In this document: one piece after another, positions 1 to 8,207 of the stretch
Numbering within the stretch: the first letter of the stretch is position 1
How the letters are laid out: each line of letters starts with the position of its first letter
From: Patescibacteria group bacterium
GTDB taxonomy: Bacteria; Patescibacteriota; Minisyncoccia; Phycocordibacterales; UBA2100
Reading direction: 5' to 3'
NCBI GenBank assembly: GCA_038064835.1
Contig: JBBTSD010000001.1
Coordinates: 100,406-164,405 of the forward strand
DNA length: 64,000 bases
Program-made: the position numbers and the translations under genes
The notes under the pieces: model-generated
What the model was told of the DNA's origin: nothing
What the model saw: only the letters and a program-made list of their open reading frames with translations
The model's database searches: none

Positions 1-1440
1 CCCGTTTGTCGCTGTGTGAAACAGCTCCTCGTGTGTATCGAGATCGATTGCGTAGAGTCGTTTATCTAGTGATGCTATAAATACGGTGTCATCTTTTACA
101 AATGGCGAGGAATAGAGTGCCTCTGTTGCTTGAAATGCAAACATGGGCTTTCCGGTATCCACATCAAGCGCATATAGTTTTGAATCCATGGAAGCAGCGA
201 AAACCAGGTTACGCTTTTCGTCGTACGCAGGAGCCATCTTTATATCGCCTCCCGTTTGAAACTTCCAAAGAAGTGTTCCGGATGTTGCTTGGTACGCGGA
301 AAGAGTTCCATTGTTTCCGCCTATAAATACGATTTCTTTTTTTTCCACATACAGTGGGGAAGCGTGTGTCAGATGTGTGCTTCGGGCGGTCCATATGGTT
401 TTCCCGGAATGTATATCAATTGCCGAGATACCTCCACGCCTTCTGAGAAGGCCGAATTCCAGACCGATAAAAATGAAACCAAGGGACTTTGCCAGCGCGG
501 GTGATGAGCCAATCCAATCCGCATCACGATTTATCCAACGGCGGTTACCGTTTGTGGTGTCCAATGCATAGACATTACCGTCATAAGCACCAAAAAAAAC
601 AGTATGGCCGCTGATAAGGGGACTTGATAGTATTCCTTTTCCGGGTGCGTGTGCACCAATGGTATATTCCCAAGCCACAGTGCCTGTTGCTTGGTTGAGT
701 GCACGAAAGACACCGGCATCGTTTCCGTAAAAAAGCCGGTGAGTATCAAGTGCGGGTGTCGACTTATGCACAACTAAGTCAAAGCTAGGAGATTCTGGTG
801 GAGTATAGTGCCACAAAAAATCGAATTGATTGGGTGTCGGACCAGAAGTTTTGCTCAGCGACACACCAAAATCTTTAAGTGAAAAAAATGATTCGAGAGT
901 GATTCCTTGGGCCGCAAAAGGATACGCATTCAAATCTCGAAACGCAAGTATTACTTGAATGGCCGCAATGCGTTTGTGTGCCCTTTGCAATACTATAATC
1001 TCGCGAGCAAGCGTACTACCACTATTTATAAGATCATCGATGAGAATAATAGGGTACTCGTTCAGGGTTCCTTCAATGGTCTTCATGAGGTCATAGCGTT
1101 TGCGAGATTTCCTCAAGTAGAATCCGTTCACTGGTGTGCCGCGTGCAACACTCTTCATAACAATCGCTGTGATAAGTGGAATGCTGGCAGTTTCGAGGCC
1201 ACCGACTTGGAAAGGGAGGTGTCCTTGATATCGTTCCCAAAAGAGTTCGGCGAAACAGTCAAGCCATTCGGGCTGAAGCATGAGTGCTCGGAAATCAAAC
1301 ATCCAGCTTGCACTGCTCCCTACAACACCGTTTTTTGCGATGCGGGCACCGTCTTGTCTCGTGACAAAGGCGTGTTTTAAAATCGCTTGCCTGAAGGCAA
1401 CGAGACGAGTCTCGTTGCCTGGTACAGATTTATTATTCAT
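1..1440 (-). CDS. Type I phosphoribosyltransferase (orotate-PRTase-like) domain fused to PQQ/BamB-type beta-propeller repeats; 3' end runs off the window
   Basis: Manual translation: stop-free minus frame from ATG at 1440 to base 1 (>=480 aa). MNNKSVPG...WMFDFR...GGLETASIPL...YLRKSRKRYDLMKTIEG...PIILIDDLINSGST (PRPP-binding motif), then repeats such as ILSSPLISGHTVFFGAYDGNVYALDTTNG and DTVFIASLDKRLYAIDLDT. ATG overlaps the stop of the upstream dehydrogenase. Confidence 0.85.
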   Translation of the reverse strand, partial: MNNKSVPGNETRLVAFRQAILKHAFVTRQDGARIAKNGVVGSSASWMFDFRALMLQPEWLDCFAELFWERYQGHLPFQVGGLETASIPLITAIVMKSVARGTPVNGFYLRKSRKRYDLMKTIEGTLNEYPIILIDDLINSGSTLAREIIVLQRAHKRIAAIQVILAFRDLNAYPFAAQGITLESFFSLKDFGVSLSKTSGPTPNQFDFLWHYTPPESPSFDLVVHKSTPALDTHRLFYGNDAGVFRALNQATGTVAWEYTIGAHAPGKGILSSPLISGHTVFFGAYDGNVYALDTTNGNRRWINRDADWIGSSPALAKSLGFIFIGLEFGLLRRRGGISAIDIHSGKTIWTARSTHLTHASPLYVEKKEIVFIGGNNGTLSAYQATSGTLLWKFQTGGDIKMAPAYDEKRNLVFAASMDSKLYALDVDTGKPMFAFQATEALYSSPFVKDDTVFIASLDKRLYAIDLDTHEELFHTATNG

Positions 1441-2182
1441 AAAGAGGTGGTGTGTCTTCTGATTTAGGTGATGTGCAGAGGAGGACTCCATAGACAGGTT
1501 GCTCGATACGCGGATCGAGTCCTAAAAGACGGATAACATAGGTGTCATCAAAACCACCCACTGGGCGTGTCATAATCCCCAGTGCGGTTCCTACAAGGGT
1601 AATATTTTGTGCCATGTGCCCCGTCTCAAGAAGGCCTAGAAGATAGGCAAAGTCTCCGTACCGTGCACTCGAACGGTCCCACACCGCTGTGAAAATAAGG
1701 ATGGTAGATGAAAGTGGCGTCATTCCGGTTCGGATTATGCGACGCATTTCAAAATCGTCTGGGAGATCCCAGAGATGTTCCAATGCGTGGTCGCGTGGGT
1801 GGTAGTGAAACACACCAGGTACTTTACCTTCGCGTACGAGACCGAGTATATATGTCTCGATAGGGTAGAGGGCGCCACCAGAGGGATAGGTGCGCGTTGG
1901 TTTTCTGTTTGTTTTTACACCAACCGCATGACCGAAAAGTGTACCGAGTTCTGTGTCAGTGAACGCGCGCGGAATAAGACATTCTCCGGCAGACATACGC
2001 GCGGCCAACACTTCGTCGAGGCGGGTAGTAAGTGGTACGGGATGAGGTAGTGCGATACGAGGCATGCGTGGATATTCCTTATGTTCCCCAGGTAATGCAC
2101 TATCAGAAGATTTGGTCAGTCCAGTGCGTAGAATCCGTGCTTTCCGGATTGATTGATGCACCTGTTGGATAAAACGAGTCAT
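1433..2182 (-). CDS. SagB/ThcOx-family FMN-dependent azoline dehydrogenase (nitroreductase fold)
   Basis: Motifs RTYPSGGALYPIE, ETGHMAQN, GGFDD; overlaps the YcaO stop. Confidence 0.9.
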   Translation of the reverse strand: MTRFIQQVHQSIRKARILRTGLTKSSDSALPGEHKEYPRMPRIALPHPVPLTTRLDEVLAARMSAGECLIPRAFTDTELGTLFGHAVGVKTNRKPTRTYPSGGALYPIETYILGLVREGKVPGVFHYHPRDHALEHLWDLPDDFEMRRIIRTGMTPLSSTILIFTAVWDRSSARYGDFAYLLGLLETGHMAQNITLVGTALGIMTRPVGGFDDTYVIRLLGLDPRIEQPVYGVLLCTSPKSEDTPPLYE

Positions 2183-3645
2183 GCAAAGGGATGGGGTTCG
2201 TTTGTATAGGGCTCACTTCGCACTCTAAAGCCGAGTCGTTTCGGAACATCGTGTATGCGAGCTCCTCCGATAGGAGGTGTTGCTTCAGTGTAGTGAATAG
2301 GGATTAGCTCAGGAATCACCACCATTTCAATGTGCCAGGGTGTATGGTTTGCTCGGGCTTGAGTAAATGAAACTGACGCGCACTCGTACCCTTGCTCGCT
2401 GCACCAGTGGATAATACGGTCGAGATGCTGTTGCGGTGAATCGCTATCCCATATTTCTGGGCGAAGTGGTTGCTCTTTTCCTGACAAAAGAAATTGCAGG
2501 TGTTTGTGGCGGTCTGCCTGTGCCCAATAGACGAGACGATTACGCTGTCCTGTGTGTCGCACTGTGGCTATGGGGCGACCTTTCCTCTCGTATTTTCTTA
2601 TCTGAGCACGAGCCCCCCTCCTCGCTCGAAGAGCCTCGATAAGTGCCCGCTCAGCGGCGAGTGCGGGGTCACAATCCGACTTGAGGCCAAGGCCAAGTTT
2701 AGGGGCATGGGGCGTAAGGTCTTCCAAAAATGCACCAATGGAATATGTTGGCGCATCACTAACAAGGCGGATGAAATGAGGTTGTAGGCGGTATTGCTCG
2801 CAGAGTGCAACCAATGTAGCTAACGAAGGTCGGCGCTGAACAAGTTCGTGTGTAGGTATGCGCGGAGGTGTAATTTGGTTAAGCCAGGTAAGCATGTATG
2901 CGTCGCGTTCGATGACTTCCAGTGCACCCGAAAGAAGAGCGCATGACTTTTCAGGGTGTGTTGCAAGACCGGTGGTGATAGATGGCCGAATAATAGGCTC
3001 GCGCTGTTCGCCTATCCCACGGACAGCCAGGTTCATGCCGTATCGACTAATTGTTTGCGCAGGCAACCACACCATTTTTTTTGTAATAAGAGATGTTGCG
3101 CGTGTCCATAGAAATAGTGAATCGGATTGGATATGAAATCGTGGATCTTTTTTTCGCTGCTGAGGATTGAAGCTGGCAAAGCGGTCTGGTGTGAGTGCCG
3201 TGCCCTTCCTCTGGATTTCCGATACTGTTGCTCGGGTGGGGGAAACAAGCATGTCGCTCTGTGTAAACCAAATATAGCGTTCAGTTGCCTCCGCTAGTGC
3301 GCGACTAAATGCTGACCGTTCATCAGTTATGTCTCCACCTGCGGCGCGTACTGTGGCACCACCCTGGATATATTCCATGTACCAAAGAGCAAAAGGAGGT
3401 TCGTCCGGAGAATAGGGTGCCGGATAGTACAGTTTGGCAACTCCTGATGCAAACATTTTTTCGGCAATGGAAAAAAGGTCGAGCATGTCGGGACGACCAA
3501 AGGGTACCTCGCTGTCATCTTGGACAAGGTGCGCTCCGAACTGGCGTTCAAGAAATCGTAAGAAATTGATTCGTGCATGTTCAGTACGGTCGCCTCTATA
3601 AAGGCCACGCCAGACAGTCTCAAGGGAGTGGGCACTATGTATCAT
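2179..3645 (-). CDS. YcaO-family ATP-dependent cyclodehydratase
   Basis: ALAEATER, TTGLA, ALEVIERDA motifs; Pro-rich C-terminus EPHPFA as in azoline-forming YcaOs. Confidence 0.9.
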   Translation of the reverse strand: MIHSAHSLETVWRGLYRGDRTEHARINFLRFLERQFGAHLVQDDSEVPFGRPDMLDLFSIAEKMFASGVAKLYYPAPYSPDEPPFALWYMEYIQGGATVRAAGGDITDERSAFSRALAEATERYIWFTQSDMLVSPTRATVSEIQRKGTALTPDRFASFNPQQRKKDPRFHIQSDSLFLWTRATSLITKKMVWLPAQTISRYGMNLAVRGIGEQREPIIRPSITTGLATHPEKSCALLSGALEVIERDAYMLTWLNQITPPRIPTHELVQRRPSLATLVALCEQYRLQPHFIRLVSDAPTYSIGAFLEDLTPHAPKLGLGLKSDCDPALAAERALIEALRARRGARAQIRKYERKGRPIATVRHTGQRNRLVYWAQADRHKHLQFLLSGKEQPLRPEIWDSDSPQQHLDRIIHWCSEQGYECASVSFTQARANHTPWHIEMVVIPELIPIHYTEATPPIGGARIHDVPKRLGFRVRSEPYTNEPHPFA

Positions 3646-3782
3646 GGTGTCATGATACCGTGATGGGTCTACAGTGAGAAGATTGTCCTAAGGATGAATA
3701 TGTTTCGCTACATATCCACAGTTCTCGTGTGGTTTTGCACATAGGAAAGATATCTAAGGGAGCATCATGCTATCATGAACAT

Positions 3783-4187
3783 GTGGCTTTCAGTGATATA
3801 CAAAAAAGAGCAGTCGGATTTTTAAGTGCCTGCGGAGCGATTCTCCTCTTGGTCGTCGGTTTCCTTGTTATTTTCATGACGCCAGCAGGAGGTTCGCGTG
3901 GCGGGAAAACATGGAAAGCACTTTCTCCACTCGACGCACTTGGACCGAGTACCGCCCTTGCAGACGCTCCTGCAGACTCAGATTCTGCCGCAGACTCCGC
4001 TGCGGATTCCGCTGCGGATTCGGGCACAGACTCCGGTACAGACTCCGGTACAGACTCTGGCACAGACTCCGGTACAGATGCTGACTCAGGTGCCGACGCT
4101 GGTGCCGACGCTGGTGCCGATGCGGGTGCCGATTGTGCATGTGACGCTGGTGCCGATGCGGGTGCCGATGCGGGTGGTTGCGAGTAG
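3783..4187 (+). CDS. Putative RiPP precursor: N-terminal TM helix, ALA-D junction, Asp/Ser/Gly/Ala/Thr tetrapeptide-repeat tail (start GTG 3783 or 3729)
   Basis: Hydrophobic segment GAILLLVVGFLVIFM, then STALA-DAPA and (DSAA)3(DSGT)5..DSGA(DAGA)3DCAC(DAGA)2DAGGCE; divergent from YcaO. Confidence 0.75.
   Translation: MAFSDIQKRAVGFLSACGAILLLVVGFLVIFMTPAGGSRGGKTWKALSPLDALGPSTALADAPADSDSAADSAADSAADSGTDSGTDSGTDSGTDSGTDADSGADAGADAGADAGADCACDAGADAGADAGGCE
3978..4178 (+). repeat. 12-bp-period coding tandem repeats (e.g. GACTCCGGTACA, GACGCTGGTGCC/GATGCGGGTGCC)
   Basis: Directly visible tandem 12-mers that vary at synonymous positions. Confidence 0.9.
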
Positions 4188-4216
4188 GTCCCACTTTAGC
4201 TAGCCAAACTTATCGT

Positions 4217-5326
4217 ATGCAAAAAGACACAATTATTGGCGCAGGGGCAGGAGTTGCAATACTCGTTGGAATTGTTGCGTACGGATGGTATGTCTATGGC
4301 CGAGATGTCCCCGCTGAGAAAAAGCCTTTAAGATACACACATGAAAGGCCGCCAAATGTTGTCCTTGCGAAGGACAACAAGGCTTTTGCTGTTGCTGATA
4401 ATTATTTCAAAAATGGTCGTTTTACTGCCGCGCTCGAGAAATACAACGAAGCTATTCTCAAGGCGCGTAATCCAATTGAAGAGAATCAGATTTTGTACAG
4501 AATTGCATTAACAACAGAGAGACGGGGAAACGCGAAAGAGGCGATCCCCCTCTACAAAGAACTTATCGCAAACCCAGAAGCAATATCTTTCATCAAAGCA
4601 TACTCCGCTCAAGAGCTCGCGCTGATGCTTGTGAGTCCTGAAACTATCCATTTAGCTCCGGATATTTTTTCAGGAGACCCTTATGCCAGTTTTAATACAG
4701 AGGGTAACCGCGCGCTCTCTAATCGAAAGATGTTCGAGTACGCCTCCTCCTTTTACCCACTGGCACTTTCCGAGCTCCGTGTAGCCGATTGGTATGCCGA
4801 ACAGCTTTTAAAACCCGCGGTGCGCAAACCAGTCAGTGCTTCGCATGAATATGTTGGTATTATCGAAGATCGCATGAAAAACGCGGACGCAGACATTACC
4901 CGTACATTTGATAGTCCAAGCGAGAGCGGGTTCCTTGATGAAATATTGACACGCAAAGCTGTAGTGATTGGGAAACTCGCAATAGTCAAAATTGTTTCCC
5001 ACGAGGAGGCCGAGCGGGCTTTTGCAGATGCCTTTAATCTTATCGCAGTTCGTTCCCCAGGGACATCTGCCGACCGATGGATGAGATACTATCATGCAAG
5101 ATACTTGCTGAATGTTCCAAGTAGCGAAACCAGGGTTCGAGACATCATTGCGCCTTTTTACGAGACAAATATATACAAGGATGGAGAGATGAAGACTTTC
5201 TTCAAAAACGAAAGGACCAACAAGCAGGGGCAGAAAGTGTACTTACAAAAAATGGCAACGATAGACTCGGATTTCAAGAAATACTTGCTGGGGTTGGGGT
5301 GGCAACCATCAGACTTCCCAAAGTGA
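4217..5326 (+). CDS. Membrane-anchored TPR-repeat protein
   Basis: N-terminal TM, TPR-like helices (ADNYFKNGRFTAALEKYNEAI; YRIALTTERRGNAKEAIPLYKELI). Confidence 0.7.
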   Translation: MQKDTIIGAGAGVAILVGIVAYGWYVYGRDVPAEKKPLRYTHERPPNVVLAKDNKAFAVADNYFKNGRFTAALEKYNEAILKARNPIEENQILYRIALTTERRGNAKEAIPLYKELIANPEAISFIKAYSAQELALMLVSPETIHLAPDIFSGDPYASFNTEGNRALSNRKMFEYASSFYPLALSELRVADWYAEQLLKPAVRKPVSASHEYVGIIEDRMKNADADITRTFDSPSESGFLDEILTRKAVVIGKLAIVKIVSHEEAERAFADAFNLIAVRSPGTSADRWMRYYHARYLLNVPSSETRVRDIIAPFYETNIYKDGEMKTFFKNERTNKQGQKVYLQKMATIDSDFKKYLLGLGWQPSDFPK

Positions 5327-5330
5327 GCGT

Positions 5331-6038
5331 ATGGTAGATGAATCCAATATTGTTCAGCGTACAGCGCTCGGCCTGATTCTCATTGCGGGAGTGGTAATTC
5401 TTGTTGGAGCATCCACATCTTCCCGTTATGCTGGGCAGGCCCGAGAAAAAAGTCAAGAAGATTTACAGCTGGCTACACGCGTTATTACCGAGCAGGATCA
5501 TGTGCAAGGATCGCGCGATGCGCCTCTCGAAATAGTCGAGTATTCCGATTTCGAATGTCCCTATTGTCGGGCGCTTCATCTGGGCATAATTCCTAGACTC
5601 AAAGAGAGGTATGGAGAGACCATGGTTCTGGCGTACCGGCATTTTCCTCTTCCGCGTTATCCGCATAGTGTGCGCGAGGCAGAAGCAGCCGAATGTGCCG
5701 CGAGTGTCGGGGGTGAGGACGCATTTTGGAAGTATACCGAAGCACTTTTTATGGAGAAACCACGCGAGGCAACATTGACTGACGAAAACCTCATTGTGTT
5801 GGCGACCTCGATGGGGATTCCAGGTGAAGCATTTGAAATATGCATGGCATCGGGCGAAGCTTTCGCTCGAGTGCAGAGCGACAAAGCGGGTGGGGTGGTT
5901 GCTGGCATTGCCATGACACCCACACTTCTCATCACCTATGGTGGTGCAAAAGTAAAAGTGCAGGGAAGTTATCAAGACCGAATCTTAGAAGCTATAGATG
6001 AACTTCTAACGGTGTCCGAGAAGCCTCCAGAGCAATAA
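5331..6038 (+). CDS. DsbA-family thioredoxin-fold oxidoreductase (BdbD-like), membrane anchored
   Basis: IVEYSDFECPYC, RHFPL, cis-Pro TPT motif. Confidence 0.9.
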   Translation: MVDESNIVQRTALGLILIAGVVILVGASTSSRYAGQAREKSQEDLQLATRVITEQDHVQGSRDAPLEIVEYSDFECPYCRALHLGIIPRLKERYGETMVLAYRHFPLPRYPHSVREAEAAECAASVGGEDAFWKYTEALFMEKPREATLTDENLIVLATSMGIPGEAFEICMASGEAFARVQSDKAGGVVAGIAMTPTLLITYGGAKVKVQGSYQDRILEAIDELLTVSEKPPEQ

Positions 6039-6041
6039 AGT

Positions 6042-6482
6042 ATGAAAGATATACAAACATATACAGTTATATCCTTGGCGACTGCGGTGGTATTGATTGC
6101 ACTCATATACCTTACCCCCCTAAAACACATCAACCTTATCGAACCTACGATTGACGATATCAATCCCCAAGAGTTCCATGCTATGTTTGTGGCAAATCCA
6201 GACAACTACATTTTCATCGATGTTCGTCCTGAAAATGCCTACACTGCCGCACATGCGCTTGGCTCGGAAAGCATGCCACTGCATACACTCTTTGATACGA
6301 GGCATCTCCTCCCAAAGACCGGAAAGACCATAGTCCTGATTTGTAGTGGGGGGCGTGCCTCGGGGGTTGGCTATAGCTATCTTGAACATTATGGCTTCTT
6401 TAATATCAAGCGAATCGATGGTGGTATTGAACGATGGATAAGTATGGGATTACCCGTTGACGGAAAGCAAGTCATTAAGTGA
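6042..6482 (+). CDS. Rhodanese-like domain protein with N-terminal TM
   Basis: IDVR, CSGGRAS active-site loop, GGIERW. Confidence 0.88.
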   Translation: MKDIQTYTVISLATAVVLIALIYLTPLKHINLIEPTIDDINPQEFHAMFVANPDNYIFIDVRPENAYTAAHALGSESMPLHTLFDTRHLLPKTGKTIVLICSGGRASGVGYSYLEHYGFFNIKRIDGGIERWISMGLPVDGKQVIK

Positions 6483-6503
6483 CACATGAAGAGATATTAA
6501 AAT

Positions 6504-7289
6504 ATGTGGGCAAAACGCACCCTAGTTGTTGGAATTCTTTTACTGCTCGGTCTGGTAGTGGGTAGGGTCCACGGCGCTCGTATTGCGTGGGATTGTTGCG
6601 GCATAACATCGTTCGCTCAGGTGCTTGCGCCACATGATGCAGAGTTACACTTCAATATCGGGGATTATTTTTTCGGGAATGGTGCATATGATCCAGAGTG
6701 GGCCTACAAACACTTTATTTTTGCCCGGAATGCTAATCCTGCACTTGCCCGTGTGAACTACCAACTCGCGCGTCTCTCCTTTCTAAATGGAAATTTCTCA
6801 GATGCATATGCGTCCGTACTCAGAGAAAAGACAATTGACCCGTCTTTTGGAAAATCTCACTACATGGAAGGATTGATTCTTGGATACCGGGCATATCCAG
6901 GAGATTTTGAAAAATCAGTCAAAGCATTTAAGAATTTTATCGCTTACGATCCACTTAATTGGGCAGGGTATAATGATCTTTCGTGGATATACTTTCAAAA
7001 AGGTGATTATAAGAATGCATGGGATGTGGCAAATCAAGGTCTTACACAAGCATACGGAAATCCATGGCTTTTAAACTCGCGAGGGATTGCCTCACTCGCA
7101 ATGAATAAATCACATGATGCCGAGCAAGATTTTAACGATGCGCTTGACACTATCGCTACCATGACTGCAGACCAGTGGGGAGTTGCGTATCCCGGGAATA
7201 ACCCTTCTCTGTATGCGGCGGGCTTCGCCTCTATGAAAGACTCAATCGAAAGGAATTTGGGTCGAGCGATGGTTAGGACTCGTCCCTAA
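6504..7289 (+). CDS. Exported TPR-repeat protein
   Basis: Signal/TM N-terminus; repeated TPR motifs (YNDLSWIYFQKGDYKNA). Confidence 0.75.
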   Translation: MWAKRTLVVGILLLLGLVVGRVHGARIAWDCCGITSFAQVLAPHDAELHFNIGDYFFGNGAYDPEWAYKHFIFARNANPALARVNYQLARLSFLNGNFSDAYASVLREKTIDPSFGKSHYMEGLILGYRAYPGDFEKSVKAFKNFIAYDPLNWAGYNDLSWIYFQKGDYKNAWDVANQGLTQAYGNPWLLNSRGIASLAMNKSHDAEQDFNDALDTIATMTADQWGVAYPGNNPSLYAAGFASMKDSIERNLGRAMVRTRP

Positions 7290-7338
7290 GTCAGTTGTGG
7301 ATAAATAGTGCAGACCACAAAAACTCTTCTATACTGAA

Positions 7339-8148
7339 GTGATGTCTGCAATGAGCTTGGAAGTCTCCTCAAAAAAAGTAGTGTTTGCTGTAGGAATTGC
7401 CCTCGGTCTTATTGTTTTTTTCGGGGCTTTCCCCGGAATGCAGCAGAAAGTAGTTTCAGCATCTCCGTCGAGTGAGATGTACTTCTACAGCCTTTCGCCT
7501 TTGGGTGATGAGGGGGGTAGGAGTGTTCCTGCATCGTGCCCTTCCAATCTTCATGACGACGCGCTCTACGGTCGCCCATGCCAAGCAACAAACGCGTGTG
7601 GCTCTTCAGCTAACGGCGTCTATCAATGCGGAGGAATTTGCAGCGTTCCTCCACCGGGGCTTCCTGCAGGGTATGGCACGACTTGCCAGTCATCACCGAA
7701 TATTTGTGGCATGTTTGCCTACGGAGCAATTAGTTGCACCGGCTCTTGTTCGGCACCGACAGTACCAAATAGTCTCTGCGCCACATGTCCAAATGGTGTC
7801 TGTGATGCGGGCGAGTCAGGAACACTGTGCCCTCAAGACTGCGGCGGCGGGAATGGTGCGCCAATCGTCTGTACCATTTCAACAAACCCACATCGAGTGT
7901 TGCAGGGGCTTCGTACGCTTGTCACCTGGAGTGCTCCGGGTGCCACCACCTGTACTATTACAGGAACCAAACTGCTAGGAGGTGCTCAGGTAGAGCAATT
8001 CACCGCTGGTGCGTCAGGAAACCAGTCAAGCGCTGTGATTACCGAGGACACCGTCTACAAGCTCGTGTGCAGCAACGAGACGAGCAGTTGCGTCTCCCCG
8101 AACTCTCTTGTCGATAGTATCTACAACCCAGACTGGGAAGAGCTCTAA
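7339..8148 (+). CDS. Secreted cysteine-rich protein
   Basis: TM/signal, many Cys, CPNGVCDAGESGTLCPQDC motif, C-terminal beta-sandwich-like segment. Confidence 0.7.
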   Translation: MMSAMSLEVSSKKVVFAVGIALGLIVFFGAFPGMQQKVVSASPSSEMYFYSLSPLGDEGGRSVPASCPSNLHDDALYGRPCQATNACGSSANGVYQCGGICSVPPPGLPAGYGTTCQSSPNICGMFAYGAISCTGSCSAPTVPNSLCATCPNGVCDAGESGTLCPQDCGGGNGAPIVCTISTNPHRVLQGLRTLVTWSAPGATTCTITGTKLLGGAQVEQFTAGASGNQSSAVITEDTVYKLVCSNETSSCVSPNSLVDSIYNPDWEEL

Positions 8149-8207
8149 GGTGCCAATCTCTAGGGTTTGCTGGTTGCGTACTAACGAAAATCGTTCACCA
8201 TAGCGCG

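Noticed and set aside
907-1380. 157-aa plus-strand ORF (and short ORFs within 102-773)
   Set aside because: Antisense shadows of the long minus-strand PRTase-propeller frame, which has recognisable motifs.
3978-4178. Possible CRISPR array
   Set aside because: Contiguous 12-bp coding repeats with no unique spacers; no cas genes seen in the window.
3773-4203. Alternative-frame repeat ORFs (PESV.., HRHQR.., QTPV..)
   Set aside because: By-products of the 12-bp repeats; only the D-rich frame has a TM leader and fits the operon direction.
7295-7304. DnaA-box match TGTGGATAA suggesting oriC
   Set aside because: Isolated box in a 50-bp gap, with no cluster, AT-rich unwinding element or dnaA/dnaN nearby.
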